64,000 nt of DNA from Thermodesulfobacteriota bacterium (GCA_034189385.1 JAXHVD010000017.1:36084-100083); one strand, 5' to 3'. Shown: positions 17,446 through 27,524, numbered from the stretch's first letter. Notes: generated by a model not told the origin, from the letters alone. A program made the numbers and translations.

Positions 17446-18690
17446 ATGCTGAATCCAGCTTGCATCCAGAGTCCAGATCTTGAACGCCTAAACACCAGAA
17501 GGGGGCCACACAAATGCTTTTTCTTTGGCATTCTTCTTCTGCTTTTAGGCTGTCCGGCCGCCTTTGCTGCTGTTGAAACGGATATCGTGTTCTCACTCGA
17601 TACAGAAGAGCAGTATAGCGACAATTATTACAGACGGGGGAGCAAGGAGATAGAGGTGTACACCACCGTCATCAGACCAGCCATCACCGGTAAGGCCTGG
17701 ACGGGTCGGAGTTCCTTTCTTTTTTCCTATGCGCCTACCTTAAATTACTACCACGATGACAGCTCCAGGGTACGTGCCTCTGACGATGATTTTGTGGGAC
17801 ACGAGCTGGAGCTTGCGGCAGAAACCACATTGTTTGAGCGCCTGGGGTTTACCCTCACAGAGAGGTTTCAGCGCACCAGGGAGCCGGGGGCCTTCGACGC
17901 CCTGCTCGAGGCTGAGGCAGACAGGGAAGAGTACAAAGTCAATCGGATAGGTCCCTTCCTGACCTATGATTTTGCAGAGAAGTTTACGGCCATTGTTGGC
18001 TATCAAAACGAGTTCTACGATTACGAGGACTCCGAGGATTCTGATGAGCACCGGGGGGTTTTCACCCTCAGGTACCACTTGGATGATCGGAATTCCATTG
18101 AAGTGGAGGACCAGTACTGGAAAAGGCTCTATGACGATACTCCTGACTATACCTCGAACCAGGTCAAGCTTATCTTCAGGAGGGAACTGAGCGATTTTCT
18201 CAAGTGTGAGATCGGCGGGGGCTACCACGATCGGGAGTTTGAATCAGGAGCTGAAAACGTGGAAGACTTCCACAGTTTTATCTACAGGGTGGCCCTAACG
18301 GGCGAGTCTGATGTAAGCCGGGTCTTTCTCAGCTACCGACGAAACCTAAACGACGTATCCCTGGGAACCTCGTACTTTGATGCGCACAGGCTTACACTGG
18401 ACCTAGAGCACACTGTCTTTGACAGGCTGAGAGGCATTCTGGGGGGATATTACCAGGATAACGATTATGACACCTGGACCGGCGTGACTTCTGGCGGGAA
18501 CTTGGATCTGCGGGAAGACGAAATTTGGAGCGGTCACCTTGGCGTCAGATACTGGTTTGCCGACTGGATATCTGCCGGGCTCCACTATGAGTACACGGAC
18601 AGAGATTCCAATATCGCGGGGGAAAGCTATACGGAAAACAGGGTCTTTGGAAATATCAGGTTTGAATACAGCACAGCCAAAAGGCTGTAG
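17446..18690 (+). CDS. Second outer-membrane beta-barrel protein (BBP2-like)
   Basis: Start chosen by SD GGAGGAG (ORF track starts at 17404). 'YSDNY' motif, beta-strand pattern, C-terminal 'RDSNI...YTENRVF...FEY'. Confidence 0.82.
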   Translation: MLNPACIQSPDLERLNTRRGPHKCFFFGILLLLLGCPAAFAAVETDIVFSLDTEEQYSDNYYRRGSKEIEVYTTVIRPAITGKAWTGRSSFLFSYAPTLNYYHDDSSRVRASDDDFVGHELELAAETTLFERLGFTLTERFQRTREPGAFDALLEAEADREEYKVNRIGPFLTYDFAEKFTAIVGYQNEFYDYEDSEDSDEHRGVFTLRYHLDDRNSIEVEDQYWKRLYDDTPDYTSNQVKLIFRRELSDFLKCEIGGGYHDREFESGAENVEDFHSFIYRVALTGESDVSRVFLSYRRNLNDVSLGTSYFDAHRLTLDLEHTVFDRLRGILGGYYQDNDYDTWTGVTSGGNLDLREDEIWSGHLGVRYWFADWISAGLHYEYTDRDSNIAGESYTENRVFGNIRFEYSTAKRL

Positions 18691-18731
18691 CAGGTTGAGC
18701 GAAACGATGGGGGCTGAGGTGCCGGAGATTC

Positions 18732-19664
18732 ATGGGAAGTAGAAGCAGGCCCAGAGGAGGAGGTCGTTGGCGGGGTGCCTTGATCCTGCTGTCGATCTTT
18801 ATGGTATGTGGCTTGGCCACACCGGCCCTTGCTCAGAAAGGAAAATACGTGTTGGGCATCGGTGATAGGCTCTCCTTTCTCCTCTATGCCGGTGGCGAGA
18901 GCCAGCTTGAAAGCAAAGGCCCCATCATGCTCACCATCTCCGAAGAGGGCACGGTGACGCTCCCCTTTCTGGGAAAGGTCCAGGCAGACGGTTTGACCGT
19001 TGACCTGCTGACTCAGGAGATCACGGCGGGCCTGGCCGCCGATTACTTCGTTGATCCTCAGGTTATTTTATCGGTGGTAGATTATCGGAGTAAGAGGGTC
19101 TATATCCTGGGCGAGGTAAAGTCCCCTGGGTCCTACGGTATGGAGCGGGAAAATCCCACCCTCATTGAATTGATATCCATGGCCGGCGGGGCCACTGAGA
19201 GGAGGGGTAAGAAGGCCTTTGTGCTCCGAGGGGCATACGACCATGTGGCCGCCGGAGGCGAGATTGACGAACTGGTAGAAAAAAGGGACCCCATGGCGGT
19301 GGACCTGCAACGGCTCCTGGAAAGGGGAGATCTCACTGCCAACGTCCGGCTTGAGCCCGATGACGTGGTCTATATCCCGCCCAGGGCCTTTGTGGACATT
19401 GCCCAGTCCAAGATATACGTCATGGGACACGTGAAAAACCCCGGTGTCTATGAATTCCAAGATGGAATTACAGCCTTAAACGCCTGTCTCCTGGCAGGAG
19501 GGTTTGCCAAGTTTGCTGCCGCCAACCGGGCCACCGTGACCCGTGACAACGGGGAAAAGAAGACCGTCATCAAGATTGACCTGAACGATGTCAAGCACGG
19601 CAAGGCCGACGATATGGTGCTCAAACCCGGCGATCGGGTCTATGTCCCTAAGTCGTGGCTGTAG
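18732..19664 (+). CDS. Second OPX/Wza-family export protein, short periplasmic type
   Basis: 'YVLGIGDRL', 'EGTVTLPFLG', SLBB repeats, ends 'VYVPKSWL'. No lipobox evident. Confidence 0.9.
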   Translation: MGSRSRPRGGGRWRGALILLSIFMVCGLATPALAQKGKYVLGIGDRLSFLLYAGGESQLESKGPIMLTISEEGTVTLPFLGKVQADGLTVDLLTQEITAGLAADYFVDPQVILSVVDYRSKRVYILGEVKSPGSYGMERENPTLIELISMAGGATERRGKKAFVLRGAYDHVAAGGEIDELVEKRDPMAVDLQRLLERGDLTANVRLEPDDVVYIPPRAFVDIAQSKIYVMGHVKNPGVYEFQDGITALNACLLAGGFAKFAAANRATVTRDNGEKKTVIKIDLNDVKHGKADDMVLKPGDRVYVPKSWL

Positions 19665-19666
19665 TG

Positions 19667-21175
19667 ATGATGGAACCACACCTTTCAGACATTGACGAAC
19701 ACGTCCACCTTTCCGACTACCTCTATGTGGTGAGGAGGCGCAAGGGGGTCATCGTGGCCTTCATGGTCATCTTGGTGACCCTGGTGGCTGTCGTCACCTT
19801 TACCATGACGCCTACCTATAAGGCCACGGCCCGGATGGTCATTGACAAAGAGTCCAAGAAATCGCCGCTCACGGGAGAACAGCTCGACTATGAATCCTAC
19901 GCCTCAGAAAGCCTCACCTTTCAAACCCATTTCAAGCTGATCAAGAGCCGACCGGTGCTGTCCAAGGTCTATGAGGTCCTCAACCTGGCAGACAGGATGG
20001 ACCAAGATGGATCGGCCGGCGCCGTGGCCACCTTTGTGGGCAGCGTTGGCCGCAACCTGAAGAAGCTGGTCCTCCTTTTTCAAGGCAGATCATCTGACTC
20101 AAGGCAGCCCAAGGAGGAAGCCCACGACATCGACCCCGTGGCTGTCTTGGACCAAAAGATTGACGTAGAGCAGGTGCGAAACACGCGGTTGGTGTTGGTC
20201 AGCGCCCAAGACCAGGACCCTGCCATGGCCCAGGCCATGGCCAACACGGTCTGCAATGCCTATATCCAATACAACATGGACCTGCGCCTTGAGGCGACAC
20301 AGGGGGTACTCTCGTGGCTGGCAGACGAGATGGGCAAAATGAAGGAGAAGCTGGAAGAATCAGAGGCCCGGTTTCTGGCCTTTAAAGAGCGGGAGAAGAT
20401 ATTCTCCATTGCAGGCAAGCAGAAGGTCCACACCCAGAAGATCGGCGAGATCAACACCTCCTATATCAACACCAGATCCAGCCGTGTGGACATAGAGGCA
20501 AGGATAGCAGAGCTGGAAAGAATCCTTGCCAGCGATGCCCTCGTGGAGTTTCCTCCGGCCTTTGCCAGGAACGAGCTGCTCAGCTCCCTGTACGAAGAAC
20601 AGGCCCTCCTTGCCATTGAACTGAAGAAGAATCAAAGGGTGTACAAGGCCAAGCATCCCCAGATTGTCAAGATCACCACCAAGTTGGACCAGATAAAGAA
20701 ACGCTTTCGCACAGAGCTCCAAAAGGTGCTGTTGAGTTTGCAGTCAGAGCATGCGGTCCTGGCAACAAGGGAAGAGGCCCTTCAGGAGGCCTTGGAGAAG
20801 TATGAAAATGACGCCCTTGAGACCAACAAGAAGGAGGCAGAGTACGCTATCCTGGAAAGAGAGGTCAAGACCAACAAAGAGCTCTACAACGTCATGTCCA
20901 CCAAGGTGAAGGAGTCTATGATATCCCAAGGGATCGAGACGGTGAATATCCGCCTGGCCGAACCGGCATCACGGCCGGCCAGCCCATTTAAGCCAAAGAA
21001 GATGCTCAACATCCTCCTGGCCATCCTGGGCAGTCTCATGGGGGGCATAGGCCTTGCCTTCTTTCTGGAATACCTGGATCAGACGGTGAAGACCCCAGAC
21101 GACCTCGAGAACCACTTCAGACTCCCTGTGCTGGCCGTGGTTCAGGATGTATCCACCAATGGAGTGGCAAAATGA
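19667..21175 (+). CDS. GumC/Wzc-type co-polymerase, membrane domain only (split Wzc)
   Basis: 'VHLSDYLYVVRRR', two TM helices, coiled coil, 'FFLEYLDQTVKTPDD'. No kinase domain. ORF track starts at 19655. Confidence 0.88.
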   Translation: MMEPHLSDIDEHVHLSDYLYVVRRRKGVIVAFMVILVTLVAVVTFTMTPTYKATARMVIDKESKKSPLTGEQLDYESYASESLTFQTHFKLIKSRPVLSKVYEVLNLADRMDQDGSAGAVATFVGSVGRNLKKLVLLFQGRSSDSRQPKEEAHDIDPVAVLDQKIDVEQVRNTRLVLVSAQDQDPAMAQAMANTVCNAYIQYNMDLRLEATQGVLSWLADEMGKMKEKLEESEARFLAFKEREKIFSIAGKQKVHTQKIGEINTSYINTRSSRVDIEARIAELERILASDALVEFPPAFARNELLSSLYEEQALLAIELKKNQRVYKAKHPQIVKITTKLDQIKKRFRTELQKVLLSLQSEHAVLATREEALQEALEKYENDALETNKKEAEYAILEREVKTNKELYNVMSTKVKESMISQGIETVNIRLAEPASRPASPFKPKKMLNILLAILGSLMGGIGLAFFLEYLDQTVKTPDDLENHFRLPVLAVVQDVSTNGVAK

Positions 21176-22620
21176 AGACCCCCGTCCTTTCCGAAAAAGG
21201 GGCCCCTAGGGCAAAAGGGGTCAACGGTCCGTCAGTGGCCCGCCATGGCATGCGTTTGCAGTTGACCGAGGCTTTTCAAGCGCTTAAGGCCAAGGCCCGT
21301 CTTCCAAGCTCCAAGGAGTCGCCTTCTAAGGGTCAGACGGCCAAGCGCCCGGCAGTGCCCCGACATGGGGATTTTAGTCTCATTTCTCCTTTTACAGAGT
21401 CCTTTAACACGCTGAGGGCCAATATCCGTCTCGCCAGGCTGGACAGTCCTGGAAAGGCCTTCCTGGTTACGGGAGCAGCCCCCCAGGAGGGAAAGACCAC
21501 CGTTGCCGTGAACTTTGCCGAGTCCCTGGCCTTTGCAGGCCAAAAGGTGCTCCTCATCGAGGGGGACCTGAGGCTGGCGCGGTTTCATCACCTCTTTGGC
21601 ACAGACCCCAAAAAGGGGCTTTCCAGTCTTTTGTCTGAGACCTTTAACATCCCTGTGGAAAAGGGGTCTCTGGGCAGCGTGACCCTGGGCGACCTCATGA
21701 CCCTGATCGACCTTCAGGAGATGACGGGCGCACTGACCATTACGGACAATGGCGATGCCTATCGATTCACCTTTGAGCTGGGAAGACTGGTTTCCTCTGC
21801 CTGGAAGCAGAGGCCCAGGGAAAAGCACCTTGTCGCCACCCTTGTCAAGAGCGGCAGCCTCACCGTGGATCAGGCCCGAGAGGCCATGAACAGGGCCCGC
21901 CAGTTCGGCCAGCGGCTGCCCCTTGCCTTGCTCAACATGCGTGTCCTGAGTGCCGACCATCTAAAGGGGCCGCTGCGTCTTCAAATCCTGGACACCCTTG
22001 GCCAGGCTGTGAATCTTTCCCGAGCCGAGTACAGGTTTCAGAAAACCTCGCACGTGACCTACGATCGGGGGATCGTAGAGCCGATCCCCTTTAAAGAGAT
22101 CCTCTCTGACGGGTTGCCCGGTCTGGCAACACGCCCCTTTATGAGCAGGCAGATCGCCGCTTCCATCACGAAAAAGACGGGGGTAAAAAACCTCCATGTC
22201 TTGCCTGCCGGCCCCACGCCGCCCAACCCATCAGAGATGCTGGGTTCAAGGCGCATGGCCGCCCTCATGGGCATGCTCAAAGAGGCCTCAGCCTATGACG
22301 TGTTGGTGATCGACTCGCCCCCGGTGACGACGGTGAGCGATGCCTCCATCCTTTCGGTCTTTGCAGACGGCATCATCATGGTCGTCTGTGCGGGAACCCT
22401 CAACCGGGCCATGATCCACAAGGCCGTTGACCAGCTCCAACAAGTCGACACCCCTCTTTTGGGATTTGTCTTAAACCGGATGAATCCGAAAGAAGAAGAA
22501 CGCTACTACAGCCATTATTATGGATATGGATACCACGACTACTACTACAGAGGAAAACCTAAGGAGCGGGCAGGGCAGGCCTCCGCAGTCCCATCATCTC
22601 ATGACGCTTCTCAGATATAG
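21172..22620 (+). CDS. Stand-alone BY-kinase (CpsD/CapB) with inserted DUF4388-like domain
   Basis: Walker A 'PQEGKT', 'IEGDLR', then an insert starting 'KGSLGSVTLGDLMTLIDLQEMTGALTI', then 'PPNPSEML', 'IDSPP' and a Tyr cluster. Confidence 0.85.
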   Translation: MKTPVLSEKGAPRAKGVNGPSVARHGMRLQLTEAFQALKAKARLPSSKESPSKGQTAKRPAVPRHGDFSLISPFTESFNTLRANIRLARLDSPGKAFLVTGAAPQEGKTTVAVNFAESLAFAGQKVLLIEGDLRLARFHHLFGTDPKKGLSSLLSETFNIPVEKGSLGSVTLGDLMTLIDLQEMTGALTITDNGDAYRFTFELGRLVSSAWKQRPREKHLVATLVKSGSLTVDQAREAMNRARQFGQRLPLALLNMRVLSADHLKGPLRLQILDTLGQAVNLSRAEYRFQKTSHVTYDRGIVEPIPFKEILSDGLPGLATRPFMSRQIAASITKKTGVKNLHVLPAGPTPPNPSEMLGSRRMAALMGMLKEASAYDVLVIDSPPVTTVSDASILSVFADGIIMVVCAGTLNRAMIHKAVDQLQQVDTPLLGFVLNRMNPKEEERYYSHYYGYGYHDYYYRGKPKERAGQASAVPSSHDASQI

Positions 22621-22704
22621 GAGCCTTGGCAGCAAGGCCACGTTTCGGGCCCTTCTCGCTGGGTGGGTGGAGGTTGTGGACGCGGGCCCTTTAGACAGGG
22701 AGGC

Positions 22705-25428
22705 GTGAGACATATCTCTAAGACCACAGCACGCGTCATCGAGACATCCCTGATCGCCCTTCTTGTTTTCACCCCCCTTGCCCGTGGTGCGGTTCAGCCC
22801 TGGGCAGTATCCATTGCCCACTTTCTCACTTTCATCATGGTCACCACCTATCTGTTGGGCGTCGTCTTTGGCGCCCAGCCCCGGCCAGGAAGAACGCCTC
22901 TTGATCTTCCCCTCGTGGCCCTTTTTCTCCTGGCCCTTTTCTCCTCTCTCTTTTCCATTGAGCGCCATAGCAGTGTGGTGGCCCTTGCACGATTGGCCCA
23001 CTACGTGGCTCTCTACGTCATCGTCGTCAATACTGTCAGGCGCAGGGACCAGGTGCGGCGTCTGGCCTATACGATCGTGGCCGTAGGGAGCTTTTTGGCG
23101 CTCTTCGGCCTGATCAAGTACTTGGGAGGGCTCACGCCACCCTGGTGGGACTATGATGTTCAATCTGCCGGTCTCACAGCCACCTTTGTCAACAAGAATC
23201 ACCTGGCCGGATATATGGAAATGGCCATTCCTGTGGCCGCCGGTCTCCTGTTAGCTGCAAGAAGGGGGTGGGAAAAGGCCCTGTTCGCCTTTTCTATCTT
23301 CCTCCTGTGTGTGGCCCTGACCTTGTCCCTTTCCCGCGGCGGGTGGATATCGGCAACCTTTGCCTTAGGCCTGATGTGTTGCCTTTATCTCATGAAGGCA
23401 AAGAGGCATTATAAAGGCTTGATGGTCGGCGCCGTGTCCGTGGCCACGGTGGTGGTCTTGACGGCACTTGCCAGCGCCCCTGTCGTAGGGCGGCTGGAGA
23501 CATTGACACACGGGGAAGATATGGGCAAGCGCCAGGGGCGGCCGGCCCTGTGGGCCAAGACCCTGGATCTCATAGAGGATCATGCTGTGCTCGGCACTGG
23601 CCCCGGAACTTTTCCCATTGCCTTCACGCCGTACCGGCCGGCTGGTGTAAATTCGACATACCAATACGCCCACAATGATTATCTCCATTTTGTATCAGAA
23701 ACAGGCCTCTTTACCTTGGGGATCATGTTGTGGCTGGTGGCCGCTTTCTTCCCATGGGCCACAGCAAAGATCAAGGCCACAAAGAGCGAGCTGACCCTGG
23801 GCATCACCCTTGGCGCTCTTTCCGGCATGGTGGCCATCATGGTGCACAGCCTCGTGGATTTTAATCTGCACATCATGGCCAACGCTACGCTTTTTACGGT
23901 CTTGGCAGGGCTTGTCATGTCTCCGGCCCATGGCCCTTGGACTGCTGGTCGTTCCCCTTTGCGCTTTCCACTGTCCGCCGCAACAACCATGCCTGTGGTG
24001 AAGACAGCACTCACTGTGACCATGGTGGGCCTCTTTGCCTTGGGAAGCCATTTTCTCTACCGATGGTTCATGGGGGACTACTTCATCCACCGGGCCAAGG
24101 AGTTGGAAAAGACAACAGGCTGGAACACGTCCATGGGCGCCTATGAAAAGGCCCTTCAATATGGGCCGGGCAACCCTGAGTATCACTATCTCTTCGGCAG
24201 GTTCTATCAGATGTTTGCAAAGGCAGCCAAAGATGAGGGCATCAAGGAGATGCTCTTTCAAAGGGCCTGGGCTGAACTGGAAGAGGCAAGAAAGGGGTCG
24301 CCCAGGGATGCCCGTACCTATCTGGCCCTGGCTCAGACGTCAGAGGGCCTCGGGCGTCTGGGCCAGAGCGCGTCAACAGACTCCACAGAGACATGGTATC
24401 AAAGGGCAGTCTCCCTTTATCCACACAGCGCCCCATATCGCTATTTCCTGGCCAGGCATTACAAGAGGGCGGGAGACGTTGAAAAGGCCTTACACCACGT
24501 TTCGACCATGCTCGCACTTGATCCCAGTGCCGACAGATACATACGGCACCATGCCTTCTGGGATGTGCCGAACATAGACAAGGCAGCAGAAAAGGCCCTG
24601 GAAAAGGCCCTGGAGAATCCTTTTACCTGCAACGCCGCTGCCGCGGCACTGGCCGCCAGGTTGGCGGAAAAGAAGAGGTGGCTGGAGGCTGCCCAGGTAT
24701 ACGGACGCCAAGTCCCGGAAAGTGCCTTTGCAGACCGCAGTGGCTACTACATACAGATGGGTCGATACTTGCTCCTGGGAGGCGAAGAAAGAGCGGCTGA
24801 GGTCTATTTTTTACGGGCCCTTGAAGGGGCCTCTGATCTCTTTGCCGCGCTGAGAGGCGTGAAGACGGCATACCAGCGGGCGGAGCAATTGGACCGGCTT
24901 TCTGTCTTGTTTGAAACCCTGAAGCAGGGTCGCCCAGAGGTGGTGGAAATCGACCTCTATTTGGCGCAGGTCTTATACGAACAGGGGCAGTACAAGGAAG
25001 CCCTCGCTTACCTTGATGCCTTCTTAAGGGTCAAAGAGACGTCAGGGGTCGATTTTTGGATGGCCAAGACCTTGAAGGCCTTGGGAAAGGATTACAAGGC
25101 CGAAGCCTATATCAAGCAAGCGATCAGGTGGGAGCCGGAAAATGCCCAGTTCCACCACTTCTATGCCGGTCTTTTGTATGATCGAGGACGTTTTTTAGAG
25201 GCCCTTGAAGAAGCCGACAGGGCCATTCATGCCTCCCATGGGGAGAATGCCTGGTACCTGGACCGCAAGGCCTGGATACTCTACCGCATGAAACGTTACG
25301 ACGCAGCCATCAAGGCGTGGCAGCGGGCGGCCACGTTGAAACCGGCGCACAAGGCCTTCCGTCGCCAGATTGACATGGCCAAAAGAGAAGCCAATGGAGA
25401 CGCTGTGAACCGGCTATTAAGCTATTGA
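22705..25428 (+). CDS. O-antigen ligase (Wzy_C) family protein with C-terminal TPR repeats
   Basis: 'TFVNKNHLAG', 'LSLSRGG', 'GTGPGTF', 'YAHNDY', 'HSLVDFNL', followed by TPRs. GTG start after GGGAGG. Confidence 0.9.
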   Translation: MRHISKTTARVIETSLIALLVFTPLARGAVQPWAVSIAHFLTFIMVTTYLLGVVFGAQPRPGRTPLDLPLVALFLLALFSSLFSIERHSSVVALARLAHYVALYVIVVNTVRRRDQVRRLAYTIVAVGSFLALFGLIKYLGGLTPPWWDYDVQSAGLTATFVNKNHLAGYMEMAIPVAAGLLLAARRGWEKALFAFSIFLLCVALTLSLSRGGWISATFALGLMCCLYLMKAKRHYKGLMVGAVSVATVVVLTALASAPVVGRLETLTHGEDMGKRQGRPALWAKTLDLIEDHAVLGTGPGTFPIAFTPYRPAGVNSTYQYAHNDYLHFVSETGLFTLGIMLWLVAAFFPWATAKIKATKSELTLGITLGALSGMVAIMVHSLVDFNLHIMANATLFTVLAGLVMSPAHGPWTAGRSPLRFPLSAATTMPVVKTALTVTMVGLFALGSHFLYRWFMGDYFIHRAKELEKTTGWNTSMGAYEKALQYGPGNPEYHYLFGRFYQMFAKAAKDEGIKEMLFQRAWAELEEARKGSPRDARTYLALAQTSEGLGRLGQSASTDSTETWYQRAVSLYPHSAPYRYFLARHYKRAGDVEKALHHVSTMLALDPSADRYIRHHAFWDVPNIDKAAEKALEKALENPFTCNAAAAALAARLAEKKRWLEAAQVYGRQVPESAFADRSGYYIQMGRYLLLGGEERAAEVYFLRALEGASDLFAALRGVKTAYQRAEQLDRLSVLFETLKQGRPEVVEIDLYLAQVLYEQGQYKEALAYLDAFLRVKETSGVDFWMAKTLKALGKDYKAEAYIKQAIRWEPENAQFHHFYAGLLYDRGRFLEALEEADRAIHASHGENAWYLDRKAWILYRMKRYDAAIKAWQRAATLKPAHKAFRRQIDMAKREANGDAVNRLLSY

Positions 25429-25472
25429 GCTATTGAGCTGGTAAGCTAGTGAGCTAATGAGCTGCTCAGCTG
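25412..25472 (+). repeat. AGCT 8-bp array 2, containing the ligase stop codon
   Basis: GGCTATTA AGCTATTG AGCTATTG AGCTGGTA AGCTAGTG AGCTAATG AGCTGCTC AGCT. Confidence 0.9.
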
Positions 25473-25816
25473 CAATAAAATACTGTAAAAGTTCTGCAAT
25501 TATCTTGACATTTATTTAATTTTTAGCTAGTTAAAGGTCAGTTAAAATTATGATAGCTTTAATTATATATAATTAATATACATATATTGATAATAACAAC
25601 GGTTTTCGCTTCCACAAACAGTCTTTCGTAAGGGGTTGACTGGGCCGGCTCTGTGTAATCCAGGGAGCGGAGCTGTGTCTGGTCTGAGATCTTAAGGCCT
25701 CAGACCTTTACATGGGATTCAAACAACGATACCATGGCAATGAACGTTCGAAAGAGTTATGCAAAGCTCTCGCTGTCTTGATGTGCAGGGGAGGAGGCCG
25801 GCCCCGGAAGGTTGAA

Positions 25817-26203
25817 ATGGAGCAGGCAAGAAAGAAGATCCTGAGTGATGCCTTGTCGGGTCGTGATGAAATCCTTTTCGCCCTCCTCTACGGCACGGCC
25901 GCTGAGGGCTTTCGTTTTCGCGACTTGGACATTGGGATCTTTGTGAACCGGAAGATCATACCGGCTGAAAGGGAGCTGGCATATGCCTTTGCCCTCTCAG
26001 ACGAATTGGCATCCATGTCTTCATGTCCTGTGGACGTTCGCGTTATCAACGATGCCCCTCTACTCTTTCGTCGCAGTGTGAGCTGCGGGACCCCGCTGGT
26101 GGTAAACGATGAGGAGGTCTTTACCACTTTTTTGACGCGAACGTGGAGTGAGTTTCTCGATTTTCAGCCAGTGGCCATGAAATACCTGAAAGAACTGCGA
26201 TGA
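25817..26203 (+). CDS. MntA-like minimal nucleotidyltransferase antitoxin
   Basis: 'FALLYGT....FRDLDIGI' and 'VDVRVINDAP'. Paired with a downstream HEPN gene. ORF track starts at 25712. Confidence 0.85.
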   Translation: MEQARKKILSDALSGRDEILFALLYGTAAEGFRFRDLDIGIFVNRKIIPAERELAYAFALSDELASMSSCPVDVRVINDAPLLFRRSVSCGTPLVVNDEEVFTTFLTRTWSEFLDFQPVAMKYLKELR

Positions 26204-26636
26204 AAGAGGTAGATCCCATCCGCATCAGAGATCTGCTGGGGAACATGAACGATGCGCTACGCCGCTTGCGGGAACTGGGTGATGTGCCTGAAGAAGCATT
26301 TCTTGCCGACTATCGCAATACCGAGAGTGCGAAGTACCTGCTCATTGTTGCCATGGAAAGCGCCATCGATTCGTGCAATCATATAGTGGCGCGCAAAGGG
26401 GGAGGGCGCCGCAGGATTATGCCGACTGCTTTACGATTCTTGCCGAGCTTAAGGTTGTTGACTCGCAACTGGCTTCACGCCTCAGGCAGATGGCACGGTT
26501 TCGAAATCTCATTGTCCATCTTTACTGGCAGGTAGACAACCGGCGGGTTTACTCCTTGATTCGTGAGGATCTTGTCGACTTGGATCTCTTTCGCGAACAG
26601 GTCCTGGATTGGGGACAATGGGGCAGGACACACTAG
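26200..26636 (+). pseudogene. HepT/DUF86 HEPN ribonuclease toxin, frameshifted
   Basis: N-half is in ORF 26200..26535 and C-half, with the RNLIVH (Rx4H) motif, is in 26373..26636. One extra G in the G5 run at 26398-26402 would restore KGGRAPQDY. Confidence 0.85.
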
Positions 26637-26649
26637 AGGAACGGCATGG

Positions 26650-26858
26650 CAGTGGTTAGGGCGGTTTCTGTGCAATGGAAAGGTCGGGATGGGGAGACTC
26701 GCTTCACTCCGGCCTCCAATGCCTTTCGCAGCCGTCCGAAGAGGATGGGTCGCAATGGCTGTAGGCCCCTGTTGAGATATGTCCAGCGAATCTCCCCATC
26801 CCACTTTTGTCGAATTAGGCTCAATGATTTGAAGTGACGTAAAAGTGTGGCGAGGTTT
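26650..26858. repeat. Dispersed copy of the 2340-2803 element
   Basis: Closely matches 2641-2800 and continues into sequence matching 2381-2412. Confidence 0.88.
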
Positions 26859-26870
26859 CCCAAAACTACC

Positions 26871-27524
26871 ATGATTGCCAATGACAAAAACTGGATAGTC
26901 TTTCTCTTTGCCCTGGCTTTGTTGGGGGCATCCTTTTACTCCCTATGCTGGGCCCAAGGCGATCTTAACGTCACATGGGAAAAGGAGACCCTTTATTCTG
27001 CTGAAATTACCGGCGTGCCCCTGCAGCGTGTCCTTGAGCACCTGTCAGACGAAGAGGGCATGTGGTTTGAGGCTCACAAGTCTGTTGCCGCTCACAAGGT
27101 CTCTGTTCATTTCGAGGGACTTTCATTGGAGGAAGGGCTAAGACGCATCTTTGCTGGCCTCGACTATAGCCTTGAGTTTGACGGCGAGGGCAACCCAAGC
27201 GGCATCGTCATTATCGGTGAAGAGAAATCGCCTCGTGCTCGTGGAAGGGTAAAGGCCCCCACGGCCCGCCGCAGAGTTCCCGTGCGGAGCCGGAACACGA
27301 CAGAGCCCATGGAACTCGATGAAGATGATGAAGACGACGAGGACGACGAGGAGAGGTCCTCCACCGTCGGGCCCTACGGGCCTGATCAGGTGCGCGTCCA
27401 AAAACGGAGAGGTGTCATGAAGCCGCCACAGCCAGATGAATCAGCGGACGAGGAATCTCCTTACGGCCCGGGCGATGTGAACCCTGAGGGGGCAAAAAGC
27501 GCTCAGGAGAGCGAGACGCCTTAA
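26871..27524 (+). CDS. Exported protein with secretin/TonB N-terminal (STN)-like domain and acidic disordered tail
   Basis: Signal peptide and 'GVPLQRVLEHL...VSVHFEGLSLEEGLRRIF', then a D/E run. Start uncertain (ORF track 26847). Confidence 0.6.
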   Translation: MIANDKNWIVFLFALALLGASFYSLCWAQGDLNVTWEKETLYSAEITGVPLQRVLEHLSDEEGMWFEAHKSVAAHKVSVHFEGLSLEEGLRRIFAGLDYSLEFDGEGNPSGIVIIGEEKSPRARGRVKAPTARRRVPVRSRNTTEPMELDEDDEDDEDDEERSSTVGPYGPDQVRVQKRRGVMKPPQPDESADEESPYGPGDVNPEGAKSAQESETP

